A stretch of 63,172 nucleotides of DNA, filler included, from Olpidium bornovanus S191 (lineage: Eukaryota > Fungi > Olpidiomycota): NCBI GenBank assembly GCA_017911155.1. It is 30 parts of 30 records of this genome, joined end to end, with 100 filler letters (N's around TTAATTAATTAA, not from the genome) between each part and the next. Parts side by side here need not be neighbours in the genome. Positions count along the whole stretch, not along the records: positions 1 to 3,056 come from JAEFCI010003248.1; positions 3,157 to 5,237 come from JAEFCI010002439.1; positions 5,338 to 7,298 come from JAEFCI010001064.1; positions 7,399 to 9,451 come from JAEFCI010001568.1; positions 9,552 to 11,399 come from JAEFCI010012624.1; 25 more parts are not named here. One strand, written 5' to 3'. A program made the translations under genes and the position numbers. The notes beneath the pieces were generated by a model that saw only the letters and a program-made list of their open reading frames with translations, was not told where the DNA came from and did not search any database. Below are positions 1 through 11,364 of the stretch, piece by piece. Position 1 is the first letter of the stretch. Every line of letters starts with the position of its first letter.

Positions 1-1
1 C

Positions 2-1763
2 ATGACCCACATCAGGAAAGAAGTCGCCATCCTGAAGAAATTATCTCATCATCCGCACATCACGCCCCTCGTCGAGGTCCTCGACGACGCCAAGGAAGAC
101 AGTTTCTACCTAGGTGCGGTGAGGACAAAACCCGCGTGCCCGGCCTGCGCGCGAATTTTCGCGCGCATCGCGTGATGCGCCGGCCGCGCCGCCTGACGAC
201 CGTCGCCCCGCCTCACCCGGCAACTGAAAAAAAAAAAAGTTTTTGAGCTGTGCGAGTACGGTGCGGTGATGGATCTAGTTCCCGGGACCGCCGTCCAGCC
301 GTTCACAGAAGAAAGAGCTCGAAAATACTTCCGGGATGCGATGTTGGGTCTCGAATACCGTAGGAGACTCCCCCCTTCTTTCCGTCGGGACGCGGCTGCC
401 CCCGCCGGGCGAAACGAAGTCTGCTTGGTGGTAACGTTACGGCTCGACTTGCAAATATTCCGCCGCGCATCGGCAAAGTGCATTGCCAGCGTGTTATCCA
501 TCGGGACATAAAACCGGCCAACATAATGCTGACAGCGGAAGACACGGCGCAGATTGGTGACTTCGGCGTTTCCTACGTGATCCCGGAAGGCAAAGACGAC
601 ACGCTGGAATTTGCCAAAACCGCTTCGCCGCCGTTCAGCCCCCCGGAATCGTGCTGCGGTAAAACAATCTCCTGTCCCGCTGGCCACTGTTCGCGTTCGC
701 GCGTTTGGCCCCCCGATTTCTTTTTTTTAATTTTTTTAATTATTTATTTGCGATCTGATTTCAACCTTAAAATCCCTACATATCTGTTACATATTCCCCA
801 GCGGCCGCGTCAAGGTCGGGAAACCTCCGCGGAGAGCCGATGGACATTTGGTCGTCCGGCGTCACGCTCTACTGCTTCGTGCACGGCCGGTGTCCGTTCG
901 AGGACGACAACATTATAGAGCTGTTCAGAAAAATCGCCGAAGAGCCCATCCAGTTCTCTCCGACCTTGTCTGAACCTCTGCTGGACTTCCTCCAGAAGAT
1001 ACTGTGCAAAGACCCCGAGAAACGGATCACGATCGCGCAGATGCGCGACCATCCGTGGGTGACCAAAGGGGGCACGGACCCGATGGTCTCCCGCGACGAG
1101 AACTGCAGGCAGGTCGTCGTGGTGACTGAGGAGGACGTCAAGAAAGCCGTCCGGCCCGCCATGTCCTTCATCTCAAAGGTCCGCGTGCCCGGCGCAAATA
1201 TATGGTTCCCCCCCGTTAGTCCCCCCTCAACCCCCCCCCCCGCGAAGCCTTTCCGAAAGTCATCTAACCCAGGCGAGAAAGCACAGATATTCAGCAGGTT
1301 CATCCGCACCCCGAAGTCCGCACCGCCGCCGAACCCGCCGGCAGGAGCCGCGGCGCCCTCGCGGCAGACGGCGTCGGCGGTGGCGGCCGCCGCGAGCGCC
1401 AGCTGGTCCGTCGACGCCCTCCACTCGAAAGGACGGGAACTCGAGAGCCGTCAGGCGCGAGGGCGCAGCTCGAACGACACGTTGTCCGGCCCGCTCGCCC
1501 GGGACAGAATGGTGGACATTGACGGCGGCGACAAAGAAGACGCGCTGCTCCGAGCGCCGCAGAGGAGGGGCCGCCGAAAGTCAGCAGATCAAGGGAGCAG
1601 CGAGCCGGTGGACGCGGCCAACAATCGCAGTGCGCGGGACCAGAATAATTCGGTCCCAGGACTGCACAATGCGCTTCCGCACGTCCCCGTCTTGGTCGTA
1701 CAAAAGTCCAGCGAACTGCTGCAGGACGTGCGAGAGTCCAGCAAGGAGTCTTTGTTTCAGTAG
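2..1763 (+). CDS. CaMKK/Ssp1/Sak1-family Ser/Thr kinase, 5'-partial, spliced
   Basis: Exons about 2-113 (KEVAILKKLSHHPHITPLVEVLDDAKEDSFYL), 240-359 (VFELCEYGAVMD...ARKYFRDAMLGLEY), 479-658 (LHCQRVIHRDIKPAN...IGDFGVS) and about 801 onward (DIWSSGVTLYCFVHGRCPFED...RITIAQMRDHPWVT), with GT-AG introns. A low-complexity C-tail follows, with a possible further intron near 1179-1237. Confidence 0.9.
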
Positions 1764-2392
1764 TATTGTGACGGCAATGTACATAGTCAACGCATATCGC
1801 CACAATTTTGGCAGACCTCACGCAAATGAACAGTCGACGCAGTCGACCGAAGTGAAACAGATTAGCTTGGACGTAACAATCTGGTCGTTGTTCGGACGAG
1901 CAGGAAGGCGAAGCATAGACGGGGCGGGGTTTACCAACACCCCTCCCCCCACCTCCCCACACCCCGCCCCATCCCACCTGCGGAGGTTGCGAAGCCATCG
2001 GAAGGACAGCTTCAGATGACGCAGAATTCTGCGGAAAGCGAGCTCGTAAAGTTTGCATTCACGCACAGATCGGACGGTATTACACGGGATCTGCCGCCGG
2101 CGTTCCGAAAAAATACGCGAACGCGGGAGTGGAAAAAATGCGCGCACGCGACGCGCACAGAAGTGCGGTCTCATCGACGACTGGAACCTGCCCCCCTCTT
2201 TTATCGCAGCCTGCACGTGCCATCCCGGAGCAAAAAGTACGAACCGCGAGAGAAGACGCTGTTGTACACTGTTCGCAATACGGACGAAATTCCCGGATGA
2301 TAAATGAACTGTGTGCGCACCCGAACCCGGATGGGGTAGTTTGCCGGATCGCTTTTAGGCAGCCAGGAAGCAAGAAGTCGCGGCCCGCGCGC

Positions 2393-2944
2393 TCAGTACG
2401 CGAAATCCAGCCCGCCGCTGTTCGCGTTCTCGCCGATGCCGCCCGGCCTGGGACCCCCGCCGGGGCCGACGTTCCCCACGTTGGCGTTCGCAGCCGCCGC
2501 AGCGTCGGCGTCGTACACGTGCACCGTCTTGCTGCCGCCTCCGAGCGCCACGAGGTCCTCGTTGTTGTTCATGGCGCTCGCGTACACCGTCAGCGGAACG
2601 TTGTGTACCATACCAATGCACTGCCCACCCCGTCAGAACCATCAGGAGGAGGGAGGGGGGTGGGGAGGGGGGGGAGGGAGGGAAAGGAAAGAAAGGGGAG
2701 GGAGGGAAAGTCATTCTGTCGCCGAAACCCAAAACTCGTTTTCCCGGAAAGCTCTTACCCTCCGAGTTTCCGAGCTGAACAACTTGAACTCGTTGGCGGT
2801 GCCGCCACCGGCGCCGTAGATGAACCGGTTTCGAGAAGACTTACCGTGGCTGAATTGCGCCGAGTAAAGGAAACAGGCCTTGCGGTCTTTCTTCACCGAC
2901 CACGGGACGACCTCAACCAGGTTTCCCGAGGAGAAGTCCCATAC
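2393..2944 (-). CDS. WD40-repeat protein, C-terminal exons
   Basis: Exon 2944-2759 (VWDFSSGNLVEVVPW...CFLYSAQFS...GAGGGTANEFKLFS) with GTAAGA donor; exon 2620-2393 (CIGMVHNVPLTVYASAM...LVALGGGSKTVHVYD) ending in TGA. Convergent with the kinase. Confidence 0.7.
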
Positions 2945-3056
2945 CTGGCGCGGGGGGGGGGGGGGGGGGGGGTGGGGGTGACAATGGTTTGGGGGTTTTC
3001 TGGCAGCTTCCGGAGTGGTAGAGAACACAACAGCCCGTCGCGCCGCGCGATCAGGC

Positions 3057-3156
3057 NNNNNNNNNNNNNNNNNNNNNNNNNNNNNNNNNNNNNNNNNNNN
3101 TTAATTAATTAANNNNNNNNNNNNNNNNNNNNNNNNNNNNNNNNNNNNNNNNNNNN
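3057..3156. other. Artificial contig-joining linker (N44-TTAATTAATTAA-N44, stops in all six frames); first of 29 identical copies
   Basis: Identical 100-bp linkers start at 3057, 5238, 7299, 9452, 11400, 13799, 15980, 17932, 19556, 21324, 23207, 24341, 27701, 28907, 30012, 31596, 32756, 33880, 35919, 37896, 39022, 40647, 44373, 47606, 50958, 53279, 54775, 56004 and 61504. They produce the X...LIN tails in the ORF track. Confidence 0.99.
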
Positions 3157-3188
<32 letters not shown>

Positions 3189-3190
3189 CG

Positions 3191-3240
<50 letters not shown>

Positions 3241-3242
3241 TT

Positions 3243-3288
<46 letters not shown>

Positions 3289-3586
3289 GGGGCAGGGGAA
3301 GCGACGGGCCTTTTTTTCTCGTCGAGATTCCCTCGCTTTCCCTCCCCGCCCGCCACCCGCGCCCGCGCACGTCCCCCCCCGTCCAAACCAACCATCGCCG
3401 CGTCGGACCGCAGCGCCCGGCCGGTTGACCCGCTGGCGCAGGCCCCCCCGCCGACAGAAATTCCACCGCACGCGGCGGGGCCAGAGAGGGACGACCTTTC
3501 GGAAGCCGCCCGGTACAAAAACAAACAACTCCTCCGGCGCACGAACAGGCGCGTCCCGCAATCATCCTCCCCCGCAAAGCGAAAAC

Positions 3587-3623
<37 letters not shown>

Positions 3624-3760
3624 GAGACGACGACGACCGTTGATGCACTTTCCCGACCTGCCGTTTTCGGGCGTTTGAAAAAAATTCCCTCCGGGTAACC
3701 CTCCCAAACCCCCCCCACGCGTGCCTAAATCTTTGGGAATCACGCGAGCATCTTCGGTTT

Positions 3761-4073
3761 TCAAGAAGCCGGGGTCGTCCCGCACGTTCCTCCGTTTCGC
3801 GCGCGGCCCCCGACGACGACGGGGTCCAGCCACGAGCACGCCTTGCCCTGGTTTCGAGCGTGGGCGTAGCAGGAGTAGTAGAAGTACCTGCCGCTCGTTG
3901 CCTCGCGCTTCTGAACCACGCGGAGGATGGACGTCTCGCCGCAATTGCACACCGGCGTCGCGGCGGCGCCGCGGTACTCGTGCGCGGAACATCCGGAAGG
4001 GAAGGTTGATCCTCGCCGAGCCGGATATCGGATGCGGCGCCAGTGACTGGACGGGCGGAACGTCGTGGCGGAA
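3761..4073 (-). CDS. Exon encoding a GRF-type zinc finger
   Basis: PVCNCGETSILRVVQKREATSGRYFYYSCYAHARNQGKACSWLD follows the GRF pattern CxC-G...GRxFYxC...C. A putative CAG acceptor lies near 4074-4076. Confidence 0.6.
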
Positions 4074-4958
4074 CTGCGGGTGATGTTTTTTTTCGGGAGG
4101 CGGCGGCGCGCTCAGCTTTTGAATTTGCCGGCGGCGGCGAGGGCGCGAATCACCCTTGCCCAACTGGTTCGGCATCCGAGATCGATCGCCGCTGCACCTG
4201 TCGCGAGATCGCCCAACGGCGAGAACGGCCGCGGGAAGAGTGCTGCGCGGGCTGCCCGTCGCCGCGCGAGATGTGCAGGCCGTCGCTGGAAGCGCCCCCC
4301 CCCGAGATTGCCCGCGGCTGCGCCGGACGCGGCGGGCCCCGAGCTCCCTGATCGTTCCGTTCGGGCGTGACGCAAGAGCCCCCGGCCGACCGGCGAGGCG
4401 CGCCCGCTGCACGAGAAGCGTCAGTCGCCGCACGGCCGGCCCCCGCTCCGCCGCCAGCGGTCGTAATCACCAGGAAGTTTGCTCCCACTCCTGTCAAAGG
4501 AGGCGGTTGGTGAAGGGATTCCTGAAAGCACTTTTCCCACGAGGCAGCCCGGTGAGGACACCGGCGCAGTGCCCTGCAGGTGCTGCCCGGAGCAGTTGCT
4601 GCCGGGAGAAACTGCGAAAAGCAGTGTCCGCCCACGCGAGGGCAGCGGGAAGGGCTGGTCGCGAAGGATGCCACGTTTGAACGGAACGTGACCGAGAGCC
4701 TGCTCACCTCATTCGGTGGGTCCGCCGCCGGAAATCCCGCATACCCGCATCCCGTATCTGCAGACGTTGGGCATCCGGAGGCGGCAATATGGCTCCAGGA
4801 GCACATAGAGATGGATTTACCCTGAGTGTGGCGTACACGTGCCGTCAGCATGGTACCGCCGGAGGGCGTGGAGCACGGAAGAGCGCCGGCGCAATTGGCC
4901 GGGGATCCTCAAGCCCCCGCCGGGAAAAGGTTCCGGAGCGTACTTCGGAGCCACGGGG

Positions 4959-5237
4959 AATATGCTTTTCTTTGTTGGCTTCTCGGTATGCTTTTCTTTT
5001 GACTTGGTTGGCTTCATTATATTCAGCATCATATGCCCTTTTTTTTGTCCTTGTTTTCTTCATAATACTTAGCAGTTTGTGCTAAAATTTTGTCTCTGTT
5101 GTCTTTATAATATTCTTTTCCATTCCTTCCAGCAATACACTTGTTTAATAATTGTTGTCTGTGCAGACAAATATGATGTCCTTCACGAGCCAACAACTCT
5201 TCTTTGCTGGTGCATGGATAGTTCTCAATTAATTCAA
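4959..5237 (-). mobile_element. AT-rich fragment of a virus/mobile-element-type GIY-YIG-like endonuclease (C-terminal part plus Lys/Glu/Tyr repeats), frameshifted
   Basis: Manual translation from the contig edge: ELIENYPCTSKEELLAREGHHICLHRQQLLNKCIAGRNGKEYYKDNRDKILAQTAKYYEENKDKK, then a frameshift at an A8 run (5039-5046), then RAYDAEYNEANQVKRKAYREANKEK. GC is about 34% by hand count, versus GC-rich flanking sequence. The GIY-YIG motif itself would lie beyond the contig end. Confidence 0.7.
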
Positions 5238-5370
5238 NNNNNNNNNNNNNNNNNNNNNNNNNNNNNNNNNNNNNNNNNNNNTTAATTAATTAANNNNNNN
5301 NNNNNNNNNNNNNNNNNNNNNNNNNNNNNNNNNNNNNAAGCCGATACCTGCTTGTATTTTCCGTTCCTAC

Positions 5371-6789
5371 CCACTTCTTATATTGCGATAACTTTTCATT
5401 GGCATTGTGAAGCTGGGTTCGCAACTTGGCCAGTTCCCCGTCAGTTGCTTCCTTCTGCTCTTCAAGCGTCCGTACTCGCCATGACTTCTTTTTGAGCTCC
5501 GGATCAAGTCTGTGACACTGTTCCCGCTGCTTCTCTAGTTCCTTCTGAATATTGCCAATGCGGGATTTCAGAGACGTTGTCTCCTGCAATGCCGCATACA
5601 CTAAAATGGGGGAAGTTTCGTATCATTGCCTGGTATTAGCCAGAGCCATGTGATATACGCTCGAAATCGCCAATCGAATAGTCACTCGAGCGCAAGCGCG
5701 CGAATGGCTCGATATTCTAACGTTCTTTGCTTTTCGACGTGAGTTCCTGCCGAGTTCTCTCCAGCTCCGCCACTGTCCCAGATTGCTGCTCTGCCAGTAA
5801 ATCATTCTCTTTCGTCAGAACGTTGATCTGCTCCTGCACATCCTCCCTGTATGGTTCCGCGCAGCTATCAGCCTGTGCACTAAATGTCTATACAAGATTT
5901 CTTACGCCCGCGGATCTGCATACCACTCGTCCGCGAATCCAACAGCGTCCGCACCGTCTAGGAGCCTTGTGGAACTTCCGGTCCCGACCTGGTTTATCAA
6001 TAGCTGCACGTTCTGCTCCAGCTCGAGCCGAAGCTCGCTGTTCTCCTTGGTGACGGCCTCGCATTTGTTCTTGACGCTGGAGATCTCGGCCTGACCTCGT
6101 AAATTTCATTTCGCGGTCAGCATTTTGAAAAATGGTGTTCAAATAATGGCGCGCGGCAAAGCGCACACCTCGTACAGCGTCAGCTTCTCGTTCAGCTCTG
6201 CGATCTGCTCGTCGTAAGCCATGAGTAGCGGAGCCAGTTTGTCCGCATTTACAAGCCAGGGCGCGACGGGATCGTCCTTCGAGATCCCTAATAAGTGGTT
6301 CACGGTCGCAGGATCCTTGTCCGTGTCCGCCCGCAGTCGGCCAAGCTCCGCGTTAAGGCGATGAACTGGACCGTCCACACCTCGGTTAGCACGACCAGGA
6401 CGCGCACTCTGTGAAGCCGCTTGGCACCGCACCGGTTCGCCCGCTCGTCCGCGCGTACCGGTCTCCTTAAGGAATGCATTCTTCCTCGCGACAGAGTCGA
6501 CCTCGTGATCTCGCGACGACGGGAACCCGACCGGCCGCGCCTTTCCATCTTTTACTGAGAGCTTGCCGGCCCCTGCGCCCACGCCGCTCGGCCCGGCGAG
6601 CGCCGCACCGGTAGGCCGCTTCCGCGGCACTACCAGATCGGCGTTCCACTCCGCGTCGGGGTCCGGGCCGTCCGCGTCCGGGCCCTGGCCGCTGCTCTTG
6701 ACCGAGTCTTCCCCGAGAAGCGACGCGCGCAGCTGGGTGGCCCGATCCTGCCGTGAGAGCGGGCCCGCGGCGACGGCCGACAGAGTCAT
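5371..6789 (-). CDS. CEP89/CCDC123-like coiled-coil centriolar distal-appendage protein, 3'-partial, spliced
   Basis: DDPVAPWLVNADKLAPLLMAYDEQIAEL resembles the conserved CEP89 PWL..KYLSPLL.AYE motif. It is followed by KCEAVTKENSELRLELE and VQEQINVLTKENDLLAEQ blocks and coiled-coil exons. Confidence 0.6.
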
Positions 6790-7060
6790 AGCTCGCGATT
6801 TGATCGGCGCGCGGAGGCCCAACCAACGGGCGCCAGAATGCCCGACTGCTCCTGGCCTAGCGCGCTCGGGGTTACATTTGCCGTGTGCACCACGAGACGC
6901 CAAAAAAACCCTGCCGGCGCGGCTGCAGTTGTCCAAACCTTTCGACCAACCGTCCTGTTCTCGTCCGTGCGGCCTGGACAAAAAATGGCCCGGCCCTGAA
7001 CATGCAGCCGACCTCATATACCGTAGATCGTATTGTTCGTGTCAGTCCAGAATGCTACCG

Positions 7061-7070
7061 GTCACGTGAC
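7061..7070. promoter_or_regulatory. Palindromic E-box GTCACGTGAC (bHLH: Cbf1/USF/SREBP-type) upstream of the CEP89-like gene
   Basis: Perfect 10-bp palindrome about 270 bp upstream of the putative ATG at 6789. Function is inferred. Confidence 0.4.
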
Positions 7071-7466
7071 AGCAGCGACGCACGCGGTATTCTCTCATGG
7101 AACCGAAACCAGTGGCGCCTCAACATCAACATAACACTCACGGCCTCATTCACCTCGAGGAGTAACAGTCATGCGCTCATGGTGGGCCCAAGCTTATCAC
7201 CAGTTACAACCTATCACTCTCGGCCGGTGACCTTTCACGTTCCTTTATAATAATCTTCTTTTTTTTTGTGTTTCCTTCTCAAGATTTGCAGTCCGGAANN
7301 NNNNNNNNNNNNNNNNNNNNNNNNNNNNNNNNNNNNNNNNNNTTAATTAATTAANNNNNNNNNNNNNNNNNNNNNNNNNNNNNNNNNNNNNNNNNNNNAC
7401 GCCGGCGCCGCGCCCCGCGCTGTGTCGCAAAACCCCCTTTCTCCCCTTTTTTCCCCCAAAACCCCC

Positions 7467-7504
<38 letters not shown>

Positions 7505-9551
7505 CCGCGAGCTCCGCACGGCTTCGCCTTTGCCGCGTTTTTCCGCCCCTATTTGCTGCGCCCCGGGTCCGAGGCAATTGCGCTGCAGGTTTCCGCTGCC
7601 CGCCGGTGAAACCGAAGTTCTGCTCCCTGCAGCGTTTCCGCGCCTTCGCCGCCTCAGGGCCACCCTGCGACAAGCGAACTTGGCGGCCGAAAGCGTATAC
7701 GTGCGTCTGTTGTTTTGTCAACCATGCCGCCGCCATCGCTCACGGGCCAAGTTTACACCTCGTGTGCCACCCATCCGCGGCTGTGATCAGTGACGCTGCC
7801 GCAGCCGCGGCCGAGAACGGCCGCGGAAAAGCCTGTTGGCGTGGCAGGCCCCGAACAAAGGTCCTCTTGTCTGCATGCATCCCTGAATTGTCGGGTTTCC
7901 CGAACCACAAGTTCCCGGCCGCCGCCGCCACGCGGCATCTCGCCTACTGCTCACATAACGCACGCGCAGTCCCCCGCAAGAAGCCACCCGTCCTTCGATT
8001 CCTTCGCGAAACAATAAGCGCGTGGAATAATCTGAGCGGCGTGTGCGGATGAAATTCACGTGTCGGTGCTAGCTTCCCTGCTGATAAAGGAGAGGGCTGA
8101 ATCACGCAGCGGCATTTGTCGGTTGTTTTGCACGCGTTAGTGACGGGATTGCTGCCGGCGTCCCCCGTTGACTTTATCGAGGCTGTCAGTCATCTTTTCT
8201 CCACCGGGTCACCTTCGTACCGCTTCCTGTCCTCCACCCCTCCATCCCTAGCCCCCTTCCCCGCGCGGCAACCCGTACCAACACGAGCCAGCTCTGCGGG
8301 CAGTGGAAGTGTCTGCCAAAACGTTCCTGCGTCTCCGAGTGTCAGCGCAATTGCGGCCGGTGGCACGATGACGGTCCCGCGTCTACCGCCGCCTTGGCGG
8401 AAGGCTCGATTGCTGCGCGTTTCTCGCTGTTCGTCGTTCAGACGCGCTCCCTTCCGGGTCCCGAGGATAGGAAGGCGAACGTTTTACGCCTTGCACATGA
8501 GGTGTGCACAGCGAGCCCAGAGACCAAGAGGAACGATGGGCGTTTAAGGGACGCGCTTCCCCTTCCTGCGGGGCAAAGATGCACTCCCTACTCGGGTAGA
8601 AGGCGCCCTCCCTTTCTCGTATGCAGCGTCGCCGGCCGTTATCCAAACCGTGCACTCGACGTTCGTCCTCTCAGGGAGACGTGCTCCCAAACGACTGTAC
8701 CAGTCAGCAACTCCACAGGAGTGAAGTGTCCGAAGTGGAAATTGCGGCTGGCCTCAATCCATTACTTTCACGTTCGGACCTCCATGCCGTCACTAGCGAT
8801 TGGAGCTGCCCGAAATGCAGATATGTCTGCTCCTTCTTCTTACTGTTCCTCTTGCGCGACTCGGGGGGTCAACTGATGGCGGCGCGTTTTTGCTGCGATG
8901 AGAGGGCTGGAAAATGAGAGGGCAGGAGGGTGGCAATGGCGGGAGGGAGGCGTTGCGTCGCGCGGCCCCCCCCCTCCCTTCTTCGCCCATGCACGTCGGC
9001 CGGCCGAAGTCCACGCTACACAGAGGATGGCACGGACTTCCAGTTCGACCTGAATTCCGCTTTTCCAGGGCAGAACTAGCAGTTCGGACGGCGGCACAGG
9101 GGCTCTGATTTGTAGCCGAACTCCGCTCCGAATGCGGGTCTCGTTCTCTTTTTCTTCTACGATCGCTTAACGTTCTGCCCGCAGGAAGGCTTTTCGGGGA
9201 GTAAGCAGGGAAAGACCAGGCGTCGCTTCCCCCTCCCTTCTACGAGCTGGATTCACATGCTCGGCTTTTTGGAATTTCGCGCTCCGCATTTGGATTTCCG
9301 TCTTCCCTTTGAAACGCGCCTGTGTGCTTCCATGTTCTTGGCGCGACCCGACCCGGTTTTCTCAATACAGATGCCTCCCCCCACCCTCAACGGTCTGTCG
9401 CGTGATCTCTACTTTGGCCTTTCCGTTTTTTCGGGCCGGTTTTGGCGTCACNNNNNNNNNNNNNNNNNNNNNNNNNNNNNNNNNNNNNNNNNNNNTTAAT
9501 TAATTAANNNNNNNNNNNNNNNNNNNNNNNNNNNNNNNNNNNNNNNNNNNN

Positions 9552-10800
9552 CCATGAACGCCGCCTCCAAGTCGTGCACAGGATACATCTGTGACGTCGA
9601 ATGTAGCATCTCCGTTGCCTCCAGATCGGCATAGCGGTCTTCACCCGCTGTGACGACTGACGTGGGCACCCCGAGGTGGTGGTTCAAGCTCATGTAAGAT
9701 ATGTCCGCGGATTCCAGATCACTCGTTTCAGCTTCGCGCGACAAGGCAGAGCGGCAGAGCTCGTCAGATCGATATGGTTAACAACGGAAAGTTCTCACGC
9801 AAACGTACTGAGCGTGACAGGCCCGTTCGGCAAGCCCGCCCCGAAGTCCTGTGAGAAACTTGACTGCATCCGAACGTTTGCGTGGGCGAACGCGGTGTCC
9901 GCCCCGGCCAATTGACCCAGGGTAGAGCGCGGCTTGGACATAACGGATCCACCCCGGTTCGGTTCGCGGGAAAGCTCGCTCGGTTCCTCGCTCGGTTCGC
10001 GGGAAAGCTCTGTTGGACCGTTCATAGGAGTCCGTCCCTCGCCCGGCCTCTCGTCCGGTGCGAGCTTGCCGCCGTCACGCTGCCCTTGCTGCAGCCCAGT
10101 TTCAGACTGCTGGGAGTCGTGCGGATCATCTTCCGAGCCCTGCTGCAGGTACGAGACCGACCCGCCCGCGCGGTCGTTCGGGTCCAACCTTGCCCGCGAG
10201 CTTCCGGAATGGTCACTTGCAGCCGATCTCGCGGAGGCGTAAGACGCCCGGGAGCTGATTATCGATCCGGCCGGATCCTGTACCGGCAAAGCGGAACGCG
10301 ACCCCGCCGCCCGGGGTCAGCGAGGCTTTTGTCGCGTCGGCAGGAGGCGACAAAACGCCGAACGAAAAGACAGCGGGTCGACGCGGGGGGCGGTCCTCGG
10401 CCCCCGTTCCCATTTCTGCGCGCCAACTCCTCTCCTTCCCCTCCCTCCCCCACCTTCGCGTCGGCAGAGACGGCGCCCGTCTGCTGCGGCAGGAAGTTGG
10501 CCTTCCTCTTCCCCGAGGATCCCCCGCCGAAATGCAGCATGGCGCGAAGCGACTTCTTCGCGGTCGACGGCGGCTTTCCCGGCGCTTCCCCCTGGGCGTG
10601 CCCGGCCGCCGGCGGCGGTCCTGCGGCATCTCCTTCGGGCCCGGGATCTGCGGCGCCGCCAACCCTCGCGCGCGGCGGACTCGCCCGCCAGCTCCTGCGC
10701 GGGACCTTCTTCTCGCCGTTCATGGCACGCTCCGTGTCCGCCCTGTCGGTGGCCTTCGAGGCCGCGCGGAAAAAAACGCCGGCGCGCCTCGCGCTCTCTT
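9552..10800 (-). CDS. Hypothetical Ser/Gly/Pro-rich low-complexity protein, probably multi-exon
   Basis: Successive protein-like ORFs (10259-10882, 9795-10289, 9552-9744) with an internal ELSREP duplication. No recognisable domain. Confidence 0.3.
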
Positions 10801-11324
10801 TTTCCCTCGGGCGCATTAGAAAAAAAAAAAAAAAAAAGAAACTCGCGCCCCCCCCCCTCCTTTCCCGCTCGCTAAAAAACACACGGGCCGTTGGCGGGAT
10901 TGCCCCGTCCGCAAAACACAGCCGTCGACGAGGCTCCCAACCCAGTGGAAGCTACGTCACGCAGACAAGGACCGTGCGGGCGGAAAATCCCGTTCGCTTT
11001 TTGGAATCACGAAAATTCTGGTTTACTTATTGACCAACGCCTTGCTTTCGATGGTTAACCTGGAATCAAAATGATGCTCACTTTTGATGCCACATGCACG
11101 TAGACCCTAAACGCTCCGCTGCCGCCTGCGCGCGGCCAACCTCCATTTGGGTTTGGCACCGCCGTGCCCGGCCGGCTTCGCTGCCGGGCAGGATCGCAAA
11201 TGATCAGGAGGAGCGCTGCTCCGTGCCTCGGAAACAGCGAAAACGTGCAAGCATGTCGGTGGCATTGCTCAAATCTGTCGCACGGCTCAAGCACGGGCTT
11301 TTTCCGCTTTTTGTACTTTTGTTT

Positions 11325-11364
<40 letters not shown>

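Noticed and set aside
3105-3718. ORFs with poly-Lys, poly-Phe, poly-Pro or poly-Gly runs here and at many contig ends
   Set aside because: They are translations of homopolymer tracts, not credible proteins.
4440-4950. Minus-strand frame interrupted only by TGA codons, suggesting possible TGA recoding
   Set aside because: At least two of the TGAs coincide with plausible splice signals (AG|GTGAGC, TTGACAG), and TGA serves as a normal stop in confident genes in this window.
8780-8830. DWSCPKC resembling a RanBP2 zinc finger
   Set aside because: The second Cys pair is absent and no plausible splice donor supplies it.
9882-11033. Long antisense or alternate-frame ORFs (for example 9882-11033, 39494-40702, 48924-49799)
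   Set aside because: They are shadow ORFs expected in high-GC coding DNA and overlap better-supported genes or lack any domain signal.
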